Assembly (NCBI GenBank): GCA_021613535.1
Contig: CP075493.1
Span: forward strand, 13,764,001-13,828,000
DNA: 64,000 nucleotides
Direction of reading: 5' to 3'
Origin: Adineta vaga
Lineage: Eukaryota; Animalia; Rotifera
This document shows, in pieces, positions 24,126 to 36,854 of the stretch. Made by a program: the position numbers and the translations under genes. The notes beneath the pieces are model-generated. The model was not told where the DNA came from. It made no database searches and was given only the letters and a program-made list of their open reading frames with translations. Numbering within the stretch: the first letter of the stretch is position 1; each line of letters begins with the position of its first letter.

Positions 24126-27100
24126 TTAAGCGAAGTGAAGATCATGACATTGTAACCAATTGGTCTTTTCAAAGAGAGGCAATTTCACATCGAATGATCT
24201 AAATATAATTACTCTTTTTATTCTCATGTTTCAAAAAATAAGAAAGATTTACTTTTGTGGTAATGGTTTTCGATCGATGATTTTAATGACACATAAACGA
24301 TCAGCAACTTTAAGTAATAAACGATCATGTAAAATGCCAAGAAATGGATATAAATCTTTATTAATAAATACTTTCACCATTTGTTCACCATTTGAAACCC
24401 GATACATTCGTAATAGTTGATCCGAACAAATTATAAATAGATATTGTTCATGATCACCTTGATTGACATTACTCAAACAAAGGACTTCACATTGACCAGC
24501 ACCATCATCTAATCGACCTATTTGACTTGATTTTGCTTGTAAATTATGTATAATCAATGTTTTATTATCTGTCGAAACAAGAACGAGTAGATTATCTTTC
24601 GTGATCAATTGAGAAGCATCTTCTAATTGTTTCAATCTTTGATTTTCTTTTCCCCGAAGATAAATTTGATTGTCAGAGTTATGGAAGACAAGATGATCAC
24701 CGACCGAAGATATTCGAATAACTCTACTTGTACTTAATTTAATAGATGATTGATTGGTTAAAGTTTGATTGTTATTGAGATTAAATTCCATAATGGTAGT
24801 TTGATCTTTTGATAAAATCAATAATCGATCATCGGACGTAAGTGTACATAGGAGAGAATCCATTGGTAGATGAATAAGAGTTTTGATTTGAAATGATTTA
24901 GTATCAATTTGAAAAATTTGTGCTGTTTGTGAACAGAAAAGAATAAATGATGATTGAAGTGAATAAATTTGAAGTTTTCGATGTTGAAATTCATTCGTTG
25001 TCCATAATAATTTTGTTGTTTCAAATGAATAAATTGAAAGTTGATTTTTTCGATTGAGAATTAAAATATGGGATGAATTTCTAGTAAAATAATATTCTTT
25101 GATGGATTGAATTGATAAATGAAAATCCAGTTTACTATTATCATCTAATGTAAATATTTTCAAATTCCTATGAAAAAAAAAGAATGAATTTATCACAAAA
25201 TCAATCTTATTTAACATACTGATCATTATCTGTATATGTTAGAAATCGATCTAAATGAATTGCTGGACGATGAAGAATTTGTTCTGATGATACGAGTTGT
25301 TTAGAAGCAACAAGACAAAATAACATTGTTGCATTGTATTTGTAAATATTTGTTCCATCCGAACAAAACAATGTAATACCATCCGGATGTTCTTTAATAG
25401 AAGAAAAATGTTCTTGTTTTTTTTCTTATATATTTTCATCTTGATATACCTGCTTCAAAAACACAATGATCAATATAAATATCAAGTTGAACATGACTGA
25501 GATGATAAGAAACATGTTGCTTTTGTTTTTTATCATAGAACCATTCATAAATATCAACAATACCTTTGTTTCGAACGATACATGCTAAACATCAATATAA
25601 AGATTTGTTGTTAGTATGAAGAAAGTGAAACTTACGTAAAAGATTTCCTAATCCACCACTTAAAGCATGAGAAGAATAATTATCATGAATTAGATCATAT
25701 CCAATTGTATCATCAGTCGATGATATTAAACAAAATGGTTGAAATATCTTTTCCTTATAAATTGGATTGAATATTATCAATGATGTGTCTGTTAACCATG
25801 CAATTGAATTACTATTTGCAAGATAAATAACAGATTTGGGTGGTGAATGAAAATCGATATCATCATAAATTTCAATTGGATTATTTTCATCATAGATAAC
25901 TAATGAAGTTATTGAATTATCGAATGAATAGAAAAATTCTGCATATAAATCGAGAAGAATACGATGTTGATAATTATTTCTATGTTGATGAATAGTTCGT
26001 GTTAATTTCAATTGTCCTTTATCATCGATTGATAAGTATGAAATAGTTTGACTTAATTTTAATGTTACTTTAAGAATTGTTTTTTTAATAAAATAATCTT
26101 CAATAATATCATCACCAAAATCGTATTCGGATATTAAACTATTCTCTAAATAATTCCATATTTGTAAAACATGATTTCCGGGCGAAATAAGAAGAATAAT
26201 TCCATCTTTGATAAATGAAACTAAACGATTACATGAAATTGGCATCATGATTTCATTTGTTGAAGTTTTCATTGAAATCATTTCAGAATTTGACGTTAAA
26301 CAACACAAACATTGACGTTCATAGAGAGCTGATACTAACTTTTCATGTTTTGCTTTTTTCTTGTATGCAATTTCTGATTGTGTGAATGTTGTTCGAAAAT
26401 AATTATGAAATTGATAATATTTACTCTCATCAGTCACAACAAATAACGAAAATGATGAAATTTTTGAATAGATAATTTTTGATGCTGAACATTTCAGTAG
26501 ATATTGTGGTCGTTCATGATCTGTAATTAATAGAAGTGGACAATTAATGAGACATTGATCAAGTAAATTGTTAAGTAATTGAGATAATTGTTCTCGAAAT
26601 GGAAATAAACGATAGACTAATTCAAATGCGAGATTATTTGGATGTTCATTTATGATATCTAATGAGATTTCAAATTGTTTCAAAAGAAATCTTGATTCAC
26701 CACTTCCATTATAATTCATTTTTGTAAATTCATATAGGAAATCTTGTACTTTATATTCTCCACAGAGAAATAATGCTCGAAGAAAATCAAAATTAAATAT
26801 CGTTGCATAATGAACACATTCATAACGACCGATATTGATATATAATTGATGTAAACGTCGAAGATTATATTGTCCTTTAGTTTTTTCTTCAAGAGGTTGT
26901 TGTACAGCTAAACATCGATCAACATTGATGATTGCAGTTGATAAATTGTATTTTTTCATTAATTTAGGTGAGTAACTCATATCAAATGTTGTTTTGTATT
27001 GATTAGCAAAATATTCTAAACGATTTTTTTCTAATATTGTCTGTTCTCGATATCCCATTCCTTGAACCTTTCCATGGTGCATATTGTTGAAAATATCGAT

Positions 27101-29737
27101 GATAACTAAATAAACAAATGTTTGTTTAACAAAAATGAAATATATCCCCTCGTTCTAACTTACAAATAAACACAAGGTACACCATCGACATCTTTTTCAA
27201 TTAAATATTTATGCATATCATTTCTCATACGAATCCATAAGTTTGATGGTAAACGAAATAATCCTAATGGTGGTAAATAATGAGCAAAAACAGATTGTAA
27301 AACTTCATCATCTAATGAAAGAATATCTTCAATTTCAATTTCACTCAATCCACCAGATAATTGTAGATAATGCATCGTACGATGAAATAAAATTTGACCA
27401 TGTTTATCACCTAATTGATTGTATAAATATTCGATAGCATCCGTTGTTCCTTCTATTGAAAGAAATGCTTTATCAGGCGTTTGATCATATGAATGCCATG
27501 TTAATGTTTGATCATAGAGAACTGAAAGATAAAGTGGATCAATGACATGTCGCCGTATCAGTTTAGGTTTGAGCCATTCATGTTGAATTGATGTTAAACA
27601 CCGTTGATCTTGTTTTAACCATGAATGTAACACTTCTTCAGCAGTGTTTTCATCAAATGGTTTGATTTCAATTTCGAATAAATTGTCTTTATAAATTGTT
27701 TTTAAATCTTGAAGAATATGGATTTCTTTTCGTTCTAATCCAACTTCAATATCAGAAATGGTTGAGAATATACATTTAATATTGAATGATGAAGGAAACC
27801 TTGCTGGTAACCATTTGATTAAATTGGTTAAATCATTCGTTTGCAATTGATCAATTGAATCGAGCAGAAGAATTAAATTTTCATTTGTTGGTACACGTGA
27901 AAGAATATTCTCTAATATTTCTTTAACATTATCAATTTTCGATGGAATATCCAAATGATAAAGAGCAGCTATTTGTTCAATAACTGAGATCAATGGACGA
28001 CGAATATCACTTGATGATGGAGTTGCACCCAAAAAACGAACAATAACAGAAACATGATTCGCTTTTGAATACCAACTTGGAATCTACAAATCATCATATG
28101 ATAGATAATGTTGAAGTAATACGTAATTCTTCCTACTTCATTAACAAGTTTTGCCATAATTGATGATTTTCCAGTACCTGATTGTCCAACTAAAACACAA
28201 GGATAATTTGTTGATGATGTAATGTATGTTTTGATCTGAAAATAACACATCTATATGTTGAGTAAAGAAGAAGTAAATTCTATACTTGTTGAAACACGTC
28301 AGGTCGAGGAAAAAATCGTTGTGTTAATGAATTACATTGAATCGCATGTTCTAAGATTTGATTATATAATAGATTTTCTTGTTTATTTTCATGGATTTTC
28401 ATATGATAATCGATTTGAGATTGAATTGCATGATAAAAATCATCAAAAAACTTTGATAAATAAGTTTTTCGATCATTTTCATCTTTCCATCGTAACTTTA
28501 ATTCAAGAGAAGAAAAACAATTCTATCGATATATAGAGAAACACTTGTTTATCATACTTTATATGAATAAATATCCGATGTATCAATGGATTGTTGAAGT
28601 AATTGTTTAACATCATTCAATAATTGTTTTGATTCAGTTTTATCTTCTGCATTATCATGAAATTTTGATTCCAATTCTTCAATGTCAGTTAATTCTCGAA
28701 AAAAACAAAGTATTCGTCGAGATTTTTGTTTATTATTCGCTAATGCGCGATAGATTTCTTGTGCAGTCACTATAAGAATGAAATCTTTACAAATAAACAT
28801 GGTGATTGGATTTCCTATTTACCTGAAATATGAAATTCATCTCGTTCATCTTTTGTCAGAAGTTTTTGTTCATAACATCGATCAGCTGCATTTCGTAGGA
28901 TTAATTGTAGTTTCTTTTCTGATTCATCCCATTGTTGATCATTATCAATAGGTCGAAGAAAATATTTTTGATCAAGATAATTTTCATCTAATTGATACAT
29001 TTCAGTTAGGAAAGTTTTTTCTTTAGTATTGGCTAAAAGATGTTGAAATACATGAGCAGAGATACGTGCTGGTGCAAAACGACTACCATATCGATGGCTC
29101 AATAAAATCTACAAATCAAAGAATTGACGAAAGGAGAAAGAATGATTGAAAAGAGAATGATTTATACCACGCAATTAGTTGCCATAGATAATCGATAACA
29201 AATATCCAATTCTTGTAAACACATATCAACTGTTGCATGAGTATTCTTTGCATTTGATTGAATACCCCAACGCATATCGGAATACTGAAAATCAACCAAA
29301 ATTAAAATGTTCATGTAAATGATGAAATTACTTGAAATTGTATATTGTATTTAGTGAGACAATATTGACGTAATCGAGGATAAACACGATCAATCAAACC
29401 ATTTCGTTCTTCGGTTGTATCTAAGAGAGTTAGTATGGTTTATGATATTTAATTGTAGTCTTGAATAATTAGCTTACCAGTAAATGTTGAACTAACAAAT
29501 ACTCGAACTGAATTGAATTTTCGATCTCCAACATGATCAAATCGACCACGATATAATAATTCATCTTCCATTTTGATTTCCAGTAGAAATTATCTGAAAA
29601 GAAAAACGAAGTTGTCGAGTTCAAAACAAATGTTATTATGACGGTAACCATTTACTTACATTTTTTGTTATGATTTGAATCGGTGTAGTTATTTTAGAAT
29701 CTTTTTCTTTCTTTTTCTTTTCTTTCCTTTCTGTCAT
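24126..29737 (-). CDS. NWD1/NWD2-like STAND protein: DUF4062-type N-terminus, NACHT domain and degenerate WD40/beta-propeller C-terminus (multi-exon)
   Basis: SVRVFVSSTFT|DTTEERNGLIDRVYPRLRQYC, DMRWGI, LSHRYGSR, Walker A GQSGTGKS, Walker B LILLLDSIDQL and GLSEIEIEDILSLDDEVL. ATG at 29737; a probable last small exon ends at 24126. Confidence 0.85.
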
Positions 29738-30061
29738 TCGTCTGAATTATGAGTGTATGTTGTTGTTATAGCTACGAAGAAATGATGTTTGTCTCATAAA
29801 CATATTGTGAGAGAATAGAACAGCGTGTCTAAAGTTATATAGGTGATTTCACAAGCACGAAACAACTGATCACATGTATTTTACAATTTGAATAAAGTTT
29901 TGAGAGTTTGGCCATGAATTTAAATTGAACTAACTACTCGCAGTCACATCTATCTATTATATAGAGGTTGTCAAAATTGTTTATAAAGACGTTCTTCATG
30001 ATTTTATCAGATTTATTCATAATTATTGAAAGAAAAAAAAAATAACAGAAAAAAGTGTTTA

Positions 30062-31507
30062 TTATAGTTGTCGAAGAAGTTGTTCAATTGCATCCGCTGT
30101 ATTATTATATTCTTGTTTGGCGAGAAGATCTTGAGCAATTTTGGCTTCTTTTCGCAAGTTTTGTATGGTGCTATTCATCTCTTCGGGAAAATTGAAATGT
30201 GTGCAAATTTTTTTCAATTCACGGATTGTTGCCAGTAGGCTAGCTTTAATAGTATTGACTTCATTTTGATAGCTACGTTTGGTATACTCTAACTGGCTCA
30301 CTTGACTACCGATTTGTTGAACATCTTTGCATGCTTGTTCGAAAGCCGTTTTTTTATGAAGAATCTCTTTTTTAGCCGTTGTCTGCACGGGTACTGGAAT
30401 TTCATATGAATGTAAATGCTGATTCATTCCGCATTTACAATGTCTACAGTTTTTTCCATCAGCAGCAGCACAATGTTCAAAATGAGCCAAATTCAAACTC
30501 GGCTCATACGATAACGAACAATTTTCATGGCATATCTGCACATCACCATGTTGTATGCAAAGTGTGCTGTAATATGGTTTTGTTTCAATTTCGAATATAG
30601 TGATTACTTCGTCTTCTTCATAGTTTCGATTCGACTGTTTATTTTTATTGGCATTTTTCAGACGATCTTCTTCAATTGCTAACGCTTTCATGATTCCTAA
30701 CAACGATTTTTGTTTTACAATTAACATTGCTTTATGTGCAAGCAATCGTTCACGTCGAATACGCATATCTTCAAATGCTTGTACTGATGTACTCGAGGTT
30801 CGATTTATTTCATTCATCATCGTTTCCATTGTATCAACAGATTCTTCCCATGCTCGTACCATTCTTCGTACTAATTTACCATTTTGAAGTATTGATCTAT
30901 CTTTGATACAAAACAACGCATTTTGCATATAAAATGTTCGTTCTGTTGTTGGGTTGAATTCGGCAATAAGTTTTAGATTGAAATTTTTTGTTTCTTCCGT
31001 ACAGTTCGAAAGGATGAAAAATAAATTTTTGAAAACACTATCAGGTAACGATCCACGTAATTGACTTAATGTTGTTTTAATTGATGTTGACAAACGGGTA
31101 GTAGTTCCATTAATTGTAATAATAATGGCAGTAATGAAAGGTACTGCAGCAAATTGTTTCAATATTTTCTGAATATTTTCATCATCTTTACTTTGGTTTG
31201 TGTCATTGAAACCGGGTGTATCAATAACTTTAATAAGTTGACCATTCCATATGAAATCGTAAACGGTGCATGCCTGTGTTTGACTTTCGCTGGTATTGTG
31301 GATATCACGTTCAGTATGCCGATAGGAACCCGGAGGATAATTCGCAGTCGGGCATATGCTGTTCGGTATAACGATTTTCATATTTGAGTACAGATGTTGC
31401 TCACTGAATGATGAATTAGTAAAATAATTCGCAAAATAGTTTATACAAGTAGATTTGCCAGATCCAGATTCACCAATAAATGCCATGACGACGTGTGGAT
31501 TTGTCAT
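30062..31507 (-). CDS. AIG1/septin-like (TRAFAC) P-loop GTPase with Cys/His-rich segment and coiled coils, intronless
   Basis: G1 GESGSGKS, G2 SQT, G3 DTPGFND; then CHENC...HC...CRHCKC...HLH; coiled-coil C-terminus. Confidence 0.85.
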   Translation of the reverse strand: MTNPHVVMAFIGESGSGKSTCINYFANYFTNSSFSEQHLYSNMKIVIPNSICPTANYPPGSYRHTERDIHNTSESQTQACTVYDFIWNGQLIKVIDTPGFNDTNQSKDDENIQKILKQFAAVPFITAIIITINGTTTRLSTSIKTTLSQLRGSLPDSVFKNLFFILSNCTEETKNFNLKLIAEFNPTTERTFYMQNALFCIKDRSILQNGKLVRRMVRAWEESVDTMETMMNEINRTSSTSVQAFEDMRIRRERLLAHKAMLIVKQKSLLGIMKALAIEEDRLKNANKNKQSNRNYEEDEVITIFEIETKPYYSTLCIQHGDVQICHENCSLSYEPSLNLAHFEHCAAADGKNCRHCKCGMNQHLHSYEIPVPVQTTAKKEILHKKTAFEQACKDVQQIGSQVSQLEYTKRSYQNEVNTIKASLLATIRELKKICTHFNFPEEMNSTIQNLRKEAKIAQDLLAKQEYNNTADAIEQLLRQL

Positions 31508-32027
31508 GTTTTTGATAGTATTTTTGCTTATAGACGAAGAAGAAGTGAGTTGTTTTATCGAAATTTAATAATTTCAATGCAAAGACGAACAATCATTTTA
31601 TACTTTCACAGCCCACGACCAGAAGAAGGGGAAATACACATACTCTGTTAGTTTTTCTTTTTGTACAATTGTTCCACGAAGGATAGAAACAAACAATAAA
31701 AGACTTTTTCGTATGCGTCATGAAGCATCGAAACGTTATGCAATTCTAGTGGAAGAAATACCAAAAGTCAAATCGTAGCCTTTCGTTCCTATTCGTGACA
31801 CATAGAATTATTGCGTGCCGTTAAAAAAGTAGGGATTTAAACAAACAATCCAAGGGTTTTTTTCCATACTTATTGCACAAAAAACTTGGCAAAAAAAACA
31901 AGAAAAAAATGGATGTGGTTTGTGAAAGGATATTTGTATGTATATATATATATATATATAGGGAGAGAGAATTTATTTTATTATTTCAAAGTATCTTTCG
32001 AATCAAAACTGAAGAAAAGTGAAATTA
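31508..32027. promoter_or_regulatory. Candidate bidirectional promoter between the GTPase paralogs, containing a (TA)n tract at ~31941-31960
   Basis: 520-nt gap between divergent ATGs; function inferred from geometry only. Confidence 0.4.
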
Positions 32028-33836
32028 ATGTCGAATTGCAAGCGTTTTATTTTACTTGGTGATGCTGGTGCTGGAAAATCATCGTTTATCAATCTTTTAT
32101 ACAATACCTTTTATGGTACAACGAAAACAGATGAAATTTTCTGTGAACATCCACGAGTCAGACTCTCCATACCATGTGCAAATTGGTTGGATTGTCTTGA
32201 TAAAACATACAAAAATAAACATAGTGAACGTGATATTAACGACCAAACACAAAGTCAGACGCGAGCTTGTACAAACTATATTTTTCAAAAGGATGATATC
32301 CGTTTGGAAATAATTGATACGCCAGGATTTAATGATACAAATGGTATAGATATGGACGAACAAAATCTGTCATATATCGAAACAGCATTGAAAGAAAAAT
32401 CGTTTCTCAGCGGAATTATTTTAGTTGTGAATGGTGCTAATTCACGCATCGGAACTTCGTTTCGACATTTTTTACATTTGTTGCATCAAGTATGGCCTAA
32501 TGATTTGTTAAACAATTGCATTGCAGTTTTGACCAATTGTGATGAACTAAGCGTGAGTTTAGACCCATCGATATTGCATCGTGATCTCCACGTTCATGAT
32601 GGCAGAATATTTCATTTGCAAAATAGTTTGTTCCGTTGGGATCGGAAAAATTATGCTTCTAAAACAATTCGTCGTTTCCAACAAGATTTTGAAGATAACA
32701 TGGAAATAATTGAGAAAATAGTGAAGACATTGTTGCAGTTCAATAACGTATCAACAGACGCTTTTCAAGTTGGAGCAATTAAAATATTAGCAATTGAAAG
32801 ATCCATTTGCGATTCTATAAATGATATGATTCAGTTGTTCACAGCATTTAAAGAACAACAGGTAGCAGAAGTCAGTATTGAAGCTGCACAGCACACGATG
32901 CAAAGTAATAAACAACGGGATAAACAGCTGGAAATCAATGCTATACGTTGGGTCGAAGCTCCACAATATCAATCACCATCAGCATCAGCACAGCTAAATC
33001 AAAAATTTACACGAGATACGTTCTTGAAAGATCAGCCAAAAACGTTTGAGTCAACAGATCGTCAACTACATAAATCGAAAACTTCAGATCAAAATCAAGA
33101 AAAACATCCTTCATTTTCCTCTAATTGTGATCGTTTGTCTACAAAAAATCATGCATCAATCGATATTGAAAGAAAACGTTCTCAACAATCGACACACGGT
33201 AGTCGTTTTTATAGTGAATATGACAATGAAAAACAATCATCATCTCAATCAACATCATCACGAAAAACAAACAATGAACAGCTATCTAAAGCAATAGATT
33301 CTTCAAGAGGCTCTACATTTCATTCTACAACAGCATCTGATGGATTTCAGTATGCAAAAGGAACCGCTGAAAAGTATCGTAAGGACAATCTATCTTCCTC
33401 CTCTGTCAATCATAATAAACAACATGACTCATGTTTAGCACTATCACCCATGAAAGTATCTGACTGCTCCCACAGTTACGAAATTTCACATAATACACCG
33501 ACATATCGTCAAGAACAAACCAAAATACAAGTAACAATACCAGACAACGAAGCTCGATTTTACCATGATTCTGCACAACGACAAGAATCGTCTTTAAGTG
33601 ACAGAAAGCAAGACTTAATATGTCAGCAACGAACACTGGCACATTCGTTGAAATCGTTACGAGACAACTTGAAAAAGGAAGTGACTCATTTACGATCAAT
33701 TAACAAAAACTATGATCTTGTTGAACGGAATCGTGAACTACTCTTGGCATTCAAAGAGGTAATGCAGGTATTGGGTGGTGATCCTCAAATGCAACATTAT
33801 TATGACGACACACTGAATATTCTGTCAAACAAATGA
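32028..33836 (+). CDS. AIG1/septin-like P-loop GTPase paralog with a long Ser/Gln/Lys low-complexity insert, intronless
   Basis: GDAGAGKS, SERDINDQTQSQTRACT, DTPGFND, LTNCD and FHLQN are all collinear with 30062..31507; ATG at 32028. Confidence 0.85.
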   Translation: MSNCKRFILLGDAGAGKSSFINLLYNTFYGTTKTDEIFCEHPRVRLSIPCANWLDCLDKTYKNKHSERDINDQTQSQTRACTNYIFQKDDIRLEIIDTPGFNDTNGIDMDEQNLSYIETALKEKSFLSGIILVVNGANSRIGTSFRHFLHLLHQVWPNDLLNNCIAVLTNCDELSVSLDPSILHRDLHVHDGRIFHLQNSLFRWDRKNYASKTIRRFQQDFEDNMEIIEKIVKTLLQFNNVSTDAFQVGAIKILAIERSICDSINDMIQLFTAFKEQQVAEVSIEAAQHTMQSNKQRDKQLEINAIRWVEAPQYQSPSASAQLNQKFTRDTFLKDQPKTFESTDRQLHKSKTSDQNQEKHPSFSSNCDRLSTKNHASIDIERKRSQQSTHGSRFYSEYDNEKQSSSQSTSSRKTNNEQLSKAIDSSRGSTFHSTTASDGFQYAKGTAEKYRKDNLSSSSVNHNKQHDSCLALSPMKVSDCSHSYEISHNTPTYRQEQTKIQVTIPDNEARFYHDSAQRQESSLSDRKQDLICQQRTLAHSLKSLRDNLKKEVTHLRSINKNYDLVERNRELLLAFKEVMQVLGGDPQMQHYYDDTLNILSNK

Positions 33837-33944
33837 ATATGATCAAACACAGAAACTTTATAATTAAAAAACCTAATAATTGTCGTATTTAGTCCGTCTG
33901 TTTCTTTTTATTAATATTTTAACTCAGAATAAACTACAAAAAGT

Positions 33945-34883
33945 TCAGAAATTATTTCTCGGTTGAATTGGAAGTGGTGTCACTTGTGTTGTTCCTATTC
34001 GTGTCATAATCCAGTGTTTTACATAAAAGATATTTTTCAGTTTTTTCCACAGTTCAGGCAAACATCCCAAACATACGAATGGCAAAAACATAATCACATG
34101 ATCGGTGAAATACATTAAAATTTCTGATGCTGGTTCATTCAACATCAATCCTACTAAATGCATCATAGCAAGAAAGAAAAGTGGAAAATTAACCAACAAG
34201 TAGAGTGCTGAAATGCTTAGTAATTGAATAGCCATTTTACGATATTTCTTCCATACGATCGGTTGATGAACCGTTCGTTTATGACAGATCACACGAAGTA
34301 ATAATGTAATGTTGAAGAATGCAATCAGTATTACAGGTACAGTGCCATGCAAATAAAGTTCCCAATAGGATAAAAAATCATTATCATGATAGCATCCATA
34401 ATCTCCACAAACATCCGAAGTATAATTCCAATCATTCGTACATGGATAGAAGAACATTACTATAATGTAAAATGCACTCATATAGATTAGAAGGAAATAT
34501 AAAGGTATATAGTGAAAAATAATTTTTTTCAAATGGGTATTGACTAGTTGTTGATGAAAGACAAGAATATGTCTTTCAAATGAAGCCCATGCTAATAGAA
34601 CTGTAATAGCATTGTATACACCATAATCGACAAATAACCATATTGAACAAAAAGTAGGTGATTGTGGCCAAACTAAACAATTCAAGCGATAAAATGTTGT
34701 TGTACTTGATACATTGATTGAAACATATATTAGACCAAGAATGAGTACAACAATAATGGAATGATTATTGATTGGTTGACGAAGAGTCCGTGTTCCAAGA
34801 AGATGAATGAGAAGAAACAGCGAGCAGAGAATAGAAGGCATACTAAAAGGTACAAGAAGCCAGAAACAAAGACTAACAGACAT
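33945..34883 (-). CDS. Orphan class A 7TM GPCR, intronless
   Basis: AWASFERH, WKKYRKMAIQLLSISALY and PFVCLGCLPEL; clear paralog of 1070..2029. Confidence 0.85.
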   Translation of the reverse strand: MSVSLCFWLLVPFSMPSILCSLFLLIHLLGTRTLRQPINNHSIIVVLILGLIYVSINVSSTTTFYRLNCLVWPQSPTFCSIWLFVDYGVYNAITVLLAWASFERHILVFHQQLVNTHLKKIIFHYIPLYFLLIYMSAFYIIVMFFYPCTNDWNYTSDVCGDYGCYHDNDFLSYWELYLHGTVPVILIAFFNITLLLRVICHKRTVHQPIVWKKYRKMAIQLLSISALYLLVNFPLFFLAMMHLVGLMLNEPASEILMYFTDHVIMFLPFVCLGCLPELWKKLKNIFYVKHWIMTRIGTTQVTPLPIQPRNNF

Positions 34884-35656
34884 ATATTCGGCATCGTAAC
34901 CAAAATCATCGTTAAACTGTTCATTGTGCTGTTGAAATCCATCTCTATTCGATGTAGTTATTAGTATAAGCAGGTAAGCAACACTATTTGTGTAAATATA
35001 CGTCTGAATAAAATGATTCTCTCTTCTTATCTAATGAAGCGGAGACGTACGACAATCAACTGAGTTCCTGTAATTATCATTATCTTCAAAAAACTAGAGA
35101 CAATTGAATATGCTTGATAGATCACACATGTATAATTACATAGTTCATTGATTAGACGACACTGCTCATCTAAATTAATTTAACATCGAACGAATGTTTG
35201 TGTCTTAATTTAGATTTGTAATAAAGATCCAGTAGTGATAGACTTTCTAACTCGTAATCTTTATTTCACTTCATCGCTGAAATAATTGTTCATGTTTCAG
35301 ACGTTTCTTAGATATAGAAATGCGAATGAATTAGCAAATAAGAGGCAAATCTATGTGATATATTCACCATTTGCTACGTATGCAAAATGTTTCTATCTAA
35401 TTGTATCGACAAGTAGCATTATTTCCATATCTTGTTTTTATACTGGAAGAACAGTTCTCAATACTATAATACTTCTATAGTAATAAAACATGAACGAAAT
35501 GATACTTACGTTACTTCTGTGATTTACAACTATTCATGGTCGAAATGTCTCTCATATCTAATAACGAGAAATATATCTTTTTTTAACAATTTTTCTTTAA
35601 CATAGGTAAGCACACATGTTGCAGAAAAGCTACTGTACTTACTTTCATAATCTATT

Positions 35657-36190
35657 TTATATTTCAGTTGGTTGTTCTGGTAGACCAGATTGTTGTCGTA
35701 TAATTTCGTTGATATTTGCTGCACTCTGCGCAAAAAGCTCGCCGATTGGAACAAGCAAATCAAATGCGTCTCCATCACCAGCGTCGGAACGTTTTTTCAG
35801 ATCACGGATGCAATAGTAAAGATGTAAATGTACTGTGTGATAAAGTGTTATCTCAAGTAGATTTACATGAAACACTTGTTCGCAGATCTTTGATTGTTGT
35901 AAGATTATGTGCTGGTTCACAAAATGTTCTGTGTTACAGTAGAGATGAAAACGTCTACGTGGGTTCGTATAAGAGCTATAAGTGTAGATAATATTGACTG
36001 CACTGTGTGGAAGGAATATATCCATTTCTCCATTAATGTTTGCATAAGTTTTTATTGTTTCTTCACATTCTTCTGGTGTGATACAAAGAATATAAAAACG
36101 TGAATGACAAAAGTCTGGTCTCCTGAAACCTCGTAATATATCGTTTGGTCCAAGAAGTATTAATAATGATGCATAATCTGTCCTAGACAT
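35657..36190 (-). CDS. Hypothetical alpha/beta protein, possibly a distant relative of the domain in the adjacent gene
   Basis: 177-aa ATG-initiated ORF with protein-like composition; no recognised catalytic motif. Confidence 0.5.
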   Translation of the reverse strand: MSRTDYASLLILLGPNDILRGFRRPDFCHSRFYILCITPEECEETIKTYANINGEMDIFLPHSAVNIIYTYSSYTNPRRRFHLYCNTEHFVNQHIILQQSKICEQVFHVNLLEITLYHTVHLHLYYCIRDLKKRSDAGDGDAFDLLVPIGELFAQSAANINEIIRQQSGLPEQPTEI

Positions 36191-36854
36191 TCAATCATCA
36201 ATCTGAACTTATATAATATACAAAGAGTTTTTTTGTAAATATTATTTAAAGAAACAATTTGAATAAGTAATCTGAGAGAAATGCAATAAACACTAGATTT
36301 TCCTAAGAATATTGTCCCTTTTATCGCATTTGAATAATTGCTTCGCATTTTGTTATTGAACAAAATAATGCAACTAAGACTTGAGGATGTCTATAAATAA
36401 GACACACATAAGTGTGATGTTGTAACATTCGAAGTCTCTACTCTCATAAATACGGGCTTTTCGGCGTATTATTTCGCAATGCTCATCTGTACTTAAAAAG
36501 TAGAGATCATATAATAAAGTATATGAAGCGAAGTGAATCAAAATTCATTATATTTTTCGATTTTTGAAGATCTGAAGTGTAGTATCTCAAGTTTTAACTA
36601 TATAACTAAAGTAGCGACTTTTAAACTAGAACTGCAAGAAATCGAAGTCTTTTTGAAATGAGAACATAATTGACATATCCTCATCTGTGGAAAAACAAAA
36701 CAACAGCATTCTTCTTGAAATTTCCAGAAAAAAATTTGATGTCAAACATCAGAGCAAAGACACATTAGTTAAATTATGATTTTTACTTTACTTCACAATT
36801 ATGGTGATCGAATATAAAATATAAGTAATTATATGAGAAAAAGTAAAGCCAACT

